This document shows, in pieces, positions 23,718 to 34,094 of a stretch of 64,000 bases of DNA. The translations under genes were made by a program, and so were the position numbers. The first letter of the stretch is position 1, and each line of letters begins with the position of its first letter. The notes beneath the pieces are model-generated. The model saw nothing but the letters and a program-made list of their open reading frames with translations, was not told the origin of the DNA and ran no database searches. Location of the stretch: the NCBI GenBank assembly GCA_020891255.1, contig BQFW01000010.1, forward strand, positions 496,001-560,000. The letters run 5' to 3'. Source of the stretch: Entomortierella parvispora E1425. Lineage: Eukaryota > Fungi > Mortierellomycota.

Positions 23718-26706
23718 ATGCAGAGCCTGGCTGCGAGCAGGTGGAAAAAAACCAACGATGGCGGGCTTGTTGGAGAAGCAGGTTTCCCGTCGACTATAAG
23801 CGATGCATCCAGTGCTTTCTCCTCCCCACTCAGAACAGACTGTTCGTAAGGATGCCTGTTGTCTATTCTCTACTCCTCTTCCTTCGCCTTTTGAAACGAT
23901 TGCCTCAGCCTTTCTTTCTGACTTGCGTTCTCTCGTGCTGAATATATAGTCTCTACAAGGAGTCGTCCCTGGTCTCCACTGATCAAGAACCGCTCTTCCG
24001 ACTTCCAGCCCGGACTCTAGTTACCATCAAGACGCCAACAGGCCGTCAAATATCAACTGACGACATCAAAGGGGTGACTCTCGCCAATTCTTTCTTGGAC
24101 TCAAAGCAAGCATCCTTGCATCACCTTGTTGGCGACACAACCCGCCAAACAGATTGTGCTTTATCGAGCGATAAACTTCAGGTCTGTGCTCCAGATCAAG
24201 AGTTGCCTGTCGATACCGACTTTCCTATAACAAACTCCACAGGTCCCCTCTTGAATTCTCAAGTCCCAGAAAACCCGCCTACTCCGCGGAAACAAACACT
24301 GCAAAGCTCTTTGTTGCCCGACATGTCGGAAATGATGCAGCGCCAGATCTCAAGGACGGACATTGCCGCCAACAATCCGTGGCAAAGTCTTGTCAAAGAG
24401 TTTGATCCTGATAACTCCATGGGGGATGGGCGAAGTTACGTAGGAAAAGCAAGTCATCTCTTGGATAGGCCAGCGGCGTCGCGAGGCGGTCGAGGTGGCT
24501 ACAGTGGCTACAGTGGACCTACCCGGGAACAGTCAAAAGCTAGCCCGGCAGTATCGCCTCAACGGCCTCGTCCACCTCCCTCTTTCCAGGCGCAGAGACA
24601 GGCGCAGCTTGCTCCACGAGGCCCACCATCATTGTAAGGACTACTCAGAACCACCGCTTCCGCGTCCTTTTAATACAGTCCAGCTAACAACTTCTGTTTT
24701 ATTATTTTGTCTCTAGTCGCCCCCAGTCCAAGAACAGGTGGTCTGGACAATCACTCGCGACTGCAAACTCTTTACCGCCTGGATTCTTTGCGACTGCAAA
24801 ACCAAGAGGCCCAGTCACCGGTCCAGCTTCAGAACCTCTTACTCCTGATCGTCAAACTCCAGTTCGACCCCGACCGCCTCCAGCGACCCAGACTTCTCCA
24901 AGTAGAGTCTTCAAAGGACCTTCTCAGGCGGGACCTCCTCAAACTCTACCCACACCTACACCTTCTTCCAGAGGCCCACATGAAGTCAAGCAGGCCCAAA
25001 CCTCCGCATCGACATTGCCCTTAGGTCCTGTACAGGTGCAACAGGACCAACCTCCTACTGCACGCTCGCCGGAGCTATCCACTCCTGCCGCGGGCCGCCT
25101 TCCTCTAGAGCTGAAGAGGTCGTCTTCCACATTTACGTGGGGAGCTGGATCCGTCGCCACAAACAAAGCTCGTCTCAGATCAGAAAGCCTGATCGACCTA
25201 ACGGAGGATGAGACCATGACCATCTACTCCACTGGATCTGAACAGGAGCCACTTGCAAGACCGTCTATTAGCAGGCAGGGATTTTCAAATGACATCAGGA
25301 ACCGCGTCAGTAACAGTCACAATGAATTGCCCTCTGGTGACCCCGTTGTCTTCCAGTACCCTCTAGCTGATGGTCACTGGGCCACGCTGGCTCTCTATGT
25401 CGACAGGGATGCGCGGTCTGCGCAATCGAGATTCTCTGATATTCGAACCCGGCAGATGTCGGACATCAAGAAAAAGTCACCCGAAGATGTTGGCAAGATT
25501 GTGGCCCGGGTCATTCAGGAAACTGTGGATGAGGACAAGTAGCTTTTTTTGACCTCGTTCATCAAACGTGACCTTCTTGACTAGCTATAAAGCACACCAA
25601 CTCCTCATGTAGTACATGGTTCTCACAACCGCCAAGATGGAATATATCTGCTGTCAATGGGTGTCAATGCCTCTTTACATTGAAATTATTCAACTGTGGC
25701 CCAGTCTCTCTTTCTGGATGGAGAGAGTGTCACCACGTTTTTGAACTTGCGTTCTTGAGATCTTTGATGTCTTGGCGCGGCTCTAAGGTCGCTCTGGAAC
25801 TTTTGCTTTCTTGCGTTGTAATCATTACAATCCTTGGCTTTTTTCACAACCGGCCTTTGGGCTTCCAACGACCCCTAAAATTTCGAAGCAAAAAGATCAA
25901 CTCATGGGTACTGACACAAGCGACTAAGTCTCTGAGGACGATGGCCTTGACGGCATCGAGGACGCCAACTTTGCCTGAAACTACGACAGCCATAATGACG
26001 AGGAGCCGCTGTCCTGATATTTGCGAATAGAGAGCGGGAAGAACAAGGACAAAGCGCCCAATAAATCCAACAAACAATCGTCGTCTTCAGGTACACCCGT
26101 TGGCGAAAAGCTCGTGGAAATTGACATTGAGATTCAGATCGCTGAGGAGGGGGAAGAAGATGAACCACCGAAGCACACCAGATCCAGGGTTCACCAAGTT
26201 GAGGTAAGCAAAGGCAAAGCGCGGGCTCTTGCCAAACCAACTGGTGAGCGGCGGCTGAAGGATCAATTTGGTAGTCTCCGAACTGCCGATTCGTGCCAGA
26301 TCCAAACGTCGCCAGGTTGAGGTCAGTACAGACGAAGCACCCGCTCTTGCCAAAAACCCCGGTGAACTGCCAGTATATCAACTGACAGCCCCCGCTGACG
26401 GCTGTTTGGGCGAGGACAAGGGCAAAGACAAGGCGCCGGTGCTGCCATTCCCCTTCGCTTCTCCATTTGAGCCATCTCTCCAATCAAGTTTCACCTTCAA
26501 TGTCGTCAAGACTGCGAATGTGGGCAATGACAACTGGCTGTTCCATCCTCGTCTCCTGTTGAGTATCCCTACCAGCTCCAGCAACATGCGGCTCATACTG
26601 GTCCACCTGCAGGTACGATGCAATCCTTGAATCTGACCAGTGTGCCTCTCCTGCACAAATTTAAGATGTCCATTATCAACGAACCCTCCCAGTGGGACGC
26701 GCGTAA
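23718..26706 (+). pseudogene. Multi-exon Pro/Ser-rich gene with a possible Ulp1-like (C48) protease segment and a degenerate 3' part
   Basis: The first four exons splice in frame (about 23718-23847, 23950-24632, 24717-25538, from about 25612). They include YPLADGHWATLALYVD and FNCGPVSL. The downstream acidic frame is interrupted by TGA codons near 25977 and 26016. Confidence 0.4.
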
Positions 26707-26719
26707 CGGTTCTTTGGAG

Positions 26720-28499
26720 GCCGATTCCTAACCTCTTTTTTTTTTTTTTTTTTTTTTCCTCGCCTTTGCGCCTTTTACCTTTGACTGTCCATTAATACTA
26801 CCTACCCTACTACCCTCTATGCAATTCCTTCCATTCCTTCTGCTCTAGGTCCTCGTAGTCCAACTCTGCACTTCAGGGACAAACGATAAACCCATGAAGA
26901 ACCAAGATACCTTTTCAGTCCCCAACAAATGTACTGCAAAGACTCTAGGCACAGAACTCTCACTCGTCCCCAGAAAAACCATACACACAATTTAGCGATC
27001 AGTTGTGACTAGTTGCTCCCAGTTTTTCAACTAGCAGCAACTGGTTGCTTGCGGCACCTTCTGCGGGTGGACAGGCCGTTCCCCCACCAGTCTCGGCTAG
27101 TAGCAACTAGTTTCTTCCCAGCTTGCGAACAGGGCGCGACTGGTTGTTCTGTGAACGAGGAAGAAAATAAATCTGTGAGCAATCGAGCAGTTCGACTGGT
27201 CGTGACTAGTTTGTACTCAGCGCGACAACCGGTTGCACCCGGTTCATGCTGACTGGTGTTCAACCAGTGATATGACTCGTGTTTTATCTAGTTTTCTTCA
27301 TGTGTTTTTATATTTTTTATTCGACAGACACAATAACAACATTCAAAGATGGCGAGCATCCTCACATCTCCTCCATAACACAAATCACTACTAGAATTAA
27401 AAATGGAAGTCTCGATTCCATAGTGCATGTATGTGCACATGTGGGTGAGTGCGTGTGAGCGAGTGTGTACGTGTATGTGGGCTTAAAGTCTAGTTGTTGT
27501 TGGCCAAAAAGCACTTAATGCTCGAGATGCCCCCAACGTCTGGAACAGGGAGCCACCCATAGCCGGTGTCGGCAAGTTGGGCACTACGTCCGATGCAGTC
27601 CTCGTGCTCGAATACATAGCAGGTGTACTTGTTCCATTGATTAGCGTAATCGGTTGATCGGTCATTGAACCAGTTGGGAAATTTGGTGCAACTCAAGTTG
27701 ACGACGTGACTCCAAACGCCGCCGCTGTCGTCGTGGAAATGGACATAATTGTCGGCTTTGGCAGTGGCCATAGCAACGAGCAAAAGAATACAGGCCCTGG
27801 AAGAGATCATTGTCCACTATCTAGAGGATTAGAGTGTGGGACACTGAGTGTTAGGGTGAAGTTGATCAATTCTGTATAGCCATTGCAAGTCTGTTCGTCA
27901 AAAAAAAAAAGTGGGGGGGGGGGGGGAATATGGCCTTACAAGAGTGATCTGGGGTGTAGGATTTGTGAGATACGTTTATCTTGAAGCTGCTCTTGCTTGA
28001 GGGTGCAGAAGACAATAGGAGGCAGGGATGAAGAGACGAAGTGTGGAAGGTACTTGACGAGGATCAATTTCTATGGGGGGAAATCGCCTATTTATACGTG
28101 TTGGTTAGTGTGGAGGATTACAGTGGCAGTGGGGTTTTCCAAAGAATTAAGAAGTACAGAAATTCTCCTACATTGTGAAGAGAAAGGCCAGGGCGAGGGT
28201 GCGGTGCAATCGACTCGCAAATTCCCGTCACTTTCCATTGGGTTCAATTTCGACACGTATCTCCGTTTGCTAATTTCGACACGTATCTGAGAATCAAGTT
28301 ACACAAAATCCAAAGAAAGGAAAGAGTGACAACGCGCAGGGAAACATTCGCCCAGGAAACTGGGAAGAAGAGCACACAGCACAGCAGTCGCCTGGCTTGA
28401 CCCCTTTTCTGGTGCCCTTTTGTTTATCTTCTAGTAGGTTTCGCGCACTGCACCAATGGTTTGATCCTTATCTGTCATAAACAGTCGCCTTGCCATCTT
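26720..28499. repeat. Diverged copy A of the secreted-protein repeat unit, an inverted homolog of about 31280-33700
   Basis: Shared blocks such as gccgattcct, ccttttacctttgactgtcc and gtttcgcgcactgcaccaatggt occur in reverse complement at 33700-31280. Confidence 0.85.
27490..27810 (-). CDS. Small secreted Cys-rich protein, beta/gamma-crystallin-like (paralog 1)
   Basis: Signal-like N-terminus, then CTKFPNWFNDRST and CYVFEHEDCIG, with 4 Cys. A TATAAATA lies upstream on the minus strand at 28089-28096. Confidence 0.7.
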   Translation of the reverse strand: MISSRACILLLVAMATAKADNYVHFHDDSGGVWSHVVNLSCTKFPNWFNDRSTDYANQWNKYTCYVFEHEDCIGRSAQLADTGYGWLPVPDVGGISSIKCFLANNN

Positions 28500-28552
28500 A
28501 ACCGGCCGCAACTGGTTGTTCTGTGAGCAATCGAGCAGTTTGACTGGTCGTG

Positions 28553-30250
28553 ACTAGTTTTGCACTCAGTTTGACGACTGGTTGCCAACCGGTTTGTGCT
28601 TACAAGTCGTTTTACTAGTTGTCTGATACAAAAACTGTTGTTTGTTGGTCCATTTGTTTTTATTTTTTTTTATGTTTTTGACAGACACAATAATAACAAC
28701 ATTCAAATGGTGGCGAGCATCTCCACAGAACAAATCACTACAGGAATTAAAATGGGAAGTCTCGTTTCCAAAGTGTATGAATGTGCGTGTATGTTGTGAG
28801 TGTATGTGTGTGCGTGTGTGCGTGCGTTTGTGGGTTTGAAGTCTAGTTCACGAAAAAGCACTCAATGGCCGAGATGCCGCCAACGTCTGGAACAGGCTTA
28901 AACTGACCGTTGGTGATGTTAATCTGGGCAATACGTCCAGAGCAGTCGCTGTGCTCGAATACCACGCAGGTGTAGGTTGAGGTAATCGAGTATTCCGTTG
29001 ACTGGTCATTGAGCCAATCAGGAACTGAAGCGCAGCTCGAGCCAGCACTGACATGCCAAATTATACCGTTGCCGTTTTTCAAATAGACAGCACCATCACC
29101 CCTGTTGCCATAGGGAATGGCGCTAACGTTGTCAGGAATGGGGACAGCGTTGTCAGGGATGGGAACAGCGTTGTCAGGAATGACAGCAGCTTTGGCGGTG
29201 GCCGCGGCAACGAGAAAAAGGACGCAGGACTTGAAAGAGACCATATTCAACTATTCAGAGTACTAATTCAGAGGGTAAGAGTGTAGGAGAGTGAACATCA
29301 GGGTGGGGTTTGATCAATTCTGTATATACAGTCATTGCTACTCCTTTTGTGAAATTATAAAAAAAACCTCGCCTTACAAGGGTGATCTGGTATAGGATTT
29401 GTGAAGTGTGTTTATCTTGAGGCGGCTCTTGCTTGAGGGTGCAGAAGACAGGAGGGGGCAGGAATGTAGAGACGAAGTGTGAAAGGTACTTGGTGAGGAT
29501 CAATCTCTCTGTGGGGGGCAATCGTCTATTTAAACGTTTTCGTTGGTGTGGAGGATTGCAGCGGCAGCACAACTTGAATGGTTAACTTGTGCTTTTCAAA
29601 AGTCGATGCAAAATCACTGGACGATGCAAGATCAGTGTTCATAACATGGACCCAGGTCTAAGATACCCGGTACGAGACTAAACCAGGGACGGCGGTTGAG
29701 ACACTTGCGACTCATTGCTCTTGTGTTCGTGTGAGGTCGCGCCGAGGAAGACAGAATTCCCTCAGCTTTGTGATCCATTGAATTACGTGGGACGATGACG
29801 TGAAAGGAGCAAGCCTGTGGGCGAGGGGGGCGGGGGCAATCTTCAAGATACGTTATTCCCACAAAGCGGATGTTGGGTCTGAACTGACGACCGTATGAGG
29901 CGTTGGATTCGCGGCATCCTAGGAGCATGGGCTGTATGTGGTCATTTTTGTGTAGCCTGATTCCCATTTCCCACTGGAAAACAGAAAAAAAAATTGTTTT
30001 CTAGAAGTTGCAGGACATGCGGCCAGCTACTACTTCTGACTCTTGTGAATTGAGAGCTTGAGTGCAGCCTATCGGTGAACATGATGTCAATATACAATGA
30101 AGAGTCCAAACGACAGCCCAAACGACAGCCCAGAGTTCGCTGCTACGAAAAATAAAAAAGACTGGCCGTTCTGGAAAGAAATGCCAGGGCGAGGGCGAAG
30201 GCGCAGTGCAGTGCAGTCGACTCGTAAATTCCCGTCGCTTTTCACAGGGT
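28553..30250. repeat. Left arm of an approximately 1.7-kb near-perfect inverted repeat
   Basis: Reverse complement of 31558-33266. ORF coordinates mirror exactly (sum 61808). Confidence 0.95.
28843..29250 (-). CDS. Small secreted Cys-rich protein, beta/gamma-crystallin-like (paralog 2)
   Basis: Signal peptide, IPDN repeats, CASVPDWLNDQST and CVVFEHSDCSG. Confidence 0.75.
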   Translation of the reverse strand: MNMVSFKSCVLFLVAAATAKAAVIPDNAVPIPDNAVPIPDNVSAIPYGNRGDGAVYLKNGNGIIWHVSAGSSCASVPDWLNDQSTEYSITSTYTCVVFEHSDCSGRIAQINITNGQFKPVPDVGGISAIECFFVN

Positions 30251-31557
30251 CTTCACTCTCTCTCGGAGTTCCTCTGCGACTTCTGCCGATGCAACATTAT
30301 CGATAAATGGACAGAAACCTTTCTGGATTCTATTGATTGCTCGTTTAACCCACAGTTAAGATTTCATTAACCATGCTTTTTGCTCCCTGAACAAGTGGTG
30401 AAAGTTAGCGACATGAAGACCGTTTGCCTAACCTGAGAATTAGGTGGTCAAGTTTAGCTGGTGAAGGATGGCGAGTCCGACCAATTTAACTGCCTAAGAA
30501 AAATAATTAGCCTGTTACTTTCACTAGCCGAAACAATGCCAGACAAAGCGGCAACTGGCAGACCAGCGGAACAATTCAACTTCATTCTGTCTTTGAGAAT
30601 CTGCACTGGTGGAAGTGAAAATGGTCAGTTATGGACGCTAAGGCACTCATTTGACTACAAGTCAAGTAATGGTCTTACGAGGATCTGTTGAGATTCCGTG
30701 AGGGAGATTGTTTTTGTGGTAGCTCTTGAGAGAGTGTAGTGTTTGCGGTGGATCTTGTAGTTGGAGAGGAACTTTGAGGTGGGAAAGTGAAGGAAGGAGG
30801 AATTTGTTTATTGTTGTCTGCGGATCACGAATGTCTAAGATGAACCGAGTACTTACTGTACACAAAAGATGGCATCAGATAATTGAAGTTGCCCTGAATC
30901 GAATCCAAGGTATCCTTTCGCAGCCGCGTCTATTTTTCAAAGTGGACCTCTTCAGTTCAATGAAAGGCCCTACGTGGCCTTGTGTAGCCCACTGCAAAAA
31001 AAAAAAAAAAAGCTCTCAGTCGCACAAACGTTTGGGGCTGCGAAACGGATACCTTCTCGATGGCTCTGATATGCAAATGTTCTCGCAATATCAAGCACCC
31101 TTGGCTGCCCTGCTTCAAGAGCCGCGCTCCGATGCAGTGCCCCCACGGCAGACTCTCAATGCTACAGGTTTGGTCGTAAACCTGTAACTGTAACTTGATG
31201 TTCATTCAGCTTGGACAAGGTGACGATACACGTTTTGACGTGAGGACCATATTCTAGCCCTAACAGCACGTCAAACTAGATGGCAAGGCGACTGCTTATG
31301 ACAGGTAAGGATCACACCATTGGTGCAGTGCGCGAAACCCACTAGAAGACAAACAAAACAGCATCGGGTAAACGGCCAAAAACGGTCAAGCCGGACGACT
31401 GCTGTGCTGTGTGCTCTTCTTTCCAACTTCCAGGGAATTGCGAATCGCCCACGGTTGGATGTTTTCCTGGCGCGTTGTCACTAATCTTTCCTTTCTTCGG
31501 ATTCTGTGTAACTGGATTCTCGCTGAACACACGAAGAGGAGATACACGTCGAAATTT

Positions 31558-33266
31558 ACCCTGTGAAAAGCGACGGGAATTTGCGAGTCGACTGCACTGC
31601 ACTGCACCTTCGCCCTCGCCCTGGCATTTCTTTCCAGAACGGCCAGTCTTTTTTATTTTTCGTAGCAGCGAACTCTGGGCTGTCGTTTGGGCTGTCGTTT
31701 GGACTCTTCATTGTATATTGACATCATGTTCACCGATAGGCTGCACTCAAGCTCTCAATTCACAAGAGTCAGAAGTAGTAGCTGGCCGCATGTCCTGCAA
31801 CTTCTAGAAAACAATTTTTTTTTCTGTTTTCCAGTGGGAAATGGGAATCAGGCTACACAAAAATGACCACATACAGCCCATGCTCCTAGGATGCCGCGAA
31901 TCCAACGCCTCATACGGTCGTCAGTTCAGACCCAACATCCGCTTTGTGGGAATAACGTATCTTGAAGATTGCCCCCGCCCCCCTCGCCCACAGGCTTGCT
32001 CCTTTCACGTCATCGTCCCACGTAATTCAATGGATCACAAAGCTGAGGGAATTCTGTCTTCCTCGGCGCGACCTCACACGAACACAAGAGCAATGAGTCG
32101 CAAGTGTCTCAACCGCCGTCCCTGGTTTAGTCTCGTACCGGGTATCTTAGACCTGGGTCCATGTTATGAACACTGATCTTGCATCGTCCAGTGATTTTGC
32201 ATCGACTTTTGAAAAGCACAAGTTAACCATTCAAGTTGTGCTGCCGCTGCAATCCTCCACACCAACGAAAACGTTTAAATAGACGATTGCCCCCCACAGA
32301 GAGATTGATCCTCACCAAGTACCTTTCACACTTCGTCTCTACATTCCTGCCCCCTCCTGTCTTCTGCACCCTCAAGCAAGAGCCGCCTCAAGATAAACAC
32401 ACTTCACAAATCCTATACCAGATCACCCTTGTAAGGCGAGGTTTTTTTTATAATTTCACAAAAGGAGTAGCAATGACTGTATATACAGAATTGATCAAAC
32501 CCCACCCTGATGTTCACTCTCCTACACTCTTACCCTCTGAATTAGTACTCTGAATAGTTGAATATGGTCTCTTTCAAGTCCTGCGTCCTTTTTCTCGTTG
32601 CCGCGGCCACCGCCAAAGCTGCTGTCATTCCTGACAACGCTGTTCCCATCCCTGACAACGCTGTCCCCATTCCTGACAACGTTAGCGCCATTCCCTATGG
32701 CAACAGGGGTGATGGTGCTGTCTATTTGAAAAACGGCAACGGTATAATTTGGCATGTCAGTGCTGGCTCGAGCTGCGCTTCAGTTCCTGATTGGCTCAAT
32801 GACCAGTCAACGGAATACTCGATTACCTCAACCTACACCTGCGTGGTATTCGAGCACAGCGACTGCTCTGGACGTATTGCCCAGATTAACATCACCAACG
32901 GTCAGTTTAAGCCTGTTCCAGACGTTGGCGGCATCTCGGCCATTGAGTGCTTTTTTGTGAACTAGACCTCAAGCCCACAAACGCACGCACACACGCACGC
33001 ACACACACTCACAACATACACGCACATTCATACACTTTGGAAACGAGACTTCCCATTTTAATTCCTGTAGTGATTTGTTCTGTGGAGATGCTCGCCACCA
33101 TTTGAATGTTGTTATTATTGTGTCTGTCAAAATAATAAAAAAAATAAAAATAAAAATGAAAACAAATGGACCAACAAACAACAGTCTTTGTATCAGACAA
33201 CTAGTAGAACGAGTTGTCAGCACAAACCGGTTGGCAACCAGTCGTCAAACTGAGTGCAAAACTAGT
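31558..33266. repeat. Right arm of the approximately 1.7-kb inverted repeat
   Basis: Reverse complement of 28553-30250 with few mismatches, mostly toward the ends. Confidence 0.95.
32558..32965 (+). CDS. Small secreted Cys-rich protein (paralog 3, same protein sequence as paralog 2)
   Basis: The 135-aa translation is identical to 28843..29250. Confidence 0.75.
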   Translation: MNMVSFKSCVLFLVAAATAKAAVIPDNAVPIPDNAVPIPDNVSAIPYGNRGDGAVYLKNGNGIIWHVSAGSSCASVPDWLNDQSTEYSITSTYTCVVFEHSDCSGRIAQINITNGQFKPVPDVGGISAIECFFVN

Positions 33267-33326
33267 TGCGACCGGTTGGCAAGCTGGGAAGAAACTAGTA
33301 GCGACCGGTTGGCAAGCTGGGAAGAA
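33261..33326 (+). repeat. 33-bp tandem repeat, two copies
   Basis: actagt(t/a)gcgaccggttggcaagctgggaagaa occurs twice. Confidence 0.9.
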
Positions 33327-34094
33327 ACTAGCTGCTTCTAGCCGAGACTGGTGGGCAAAAACTGCACAAGGTGTCGCAGGCAACCAGTTGCTGCTAGTTT
33401 GAAAAACTGGTCACAGGTGGTCGCAACTGGTCGCCAAATGGTGCGTACGGTTTTTCCGGGGACGAGAGAGATATGTGCCTAGGGTATTTGCGATACCTTT
33501 TTGTGGGCGACTGAAAGGGTATCTTGGTTCTTCTTGAGTTTGTCGTTTGTCTCTGCAGTGCAGAGTTGGATTACGAGGATCAAGAACAGAAAGATTGGAA
33601 TGGATCGCTTAGTGGGTAGTATTAAAGGACAGTCAAAGGTAAAAGGCACAAAGGCGAAGAAATAAAGGAAAATGAGGCGAGGAATCGGCTTTTGAGCAGG
33701 ACATGATCAGTTGACTGCAACATGGCGAAAGGAAAACGAAGAAGGCCAAAGACCAATTGAGGAGAAGCGAGGTAGATTTGAAAGATGAAGTTTATTATTT
33801 ACAATGCGGACATGACGCCATGTCCACGTTTTTTTTTATCTTTCGTTCGTTCTTTGTTTCTTTGTGTCGCATTATTTCTCTTGTTTCATAACAGGTCGTT
33901 GGGTTTGCATGGTATTTTCGTTTCTGTCGTTTTGTTGTTCGTTACATGATAGCAGGATGCGGATTGCATGCTGCATCTTTTTGTTGTTGTTTTTTTTTTG
34001 TGTTGTTTTGTTTCGTAGACTATCGTTACAGGCATTGTCGAGTTTGTCGTTGTCGAGATTGTCGTTACGGGAAAAGACTGACGTTGAAGGCCAG

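Noticed and set aside
29632-32176. Mirrored 111-aa and 105-aa ORFs in the inverted arms as genes
   Set aside because: They have no motifs or coding bias, and their identity simply reflects the duplication.
33200-33440. Palindromic repeats as a CRISPR-like array
   Set aside because: Only two tandem 33-bp units with no unique spacers are present, in a eukaryotic context.
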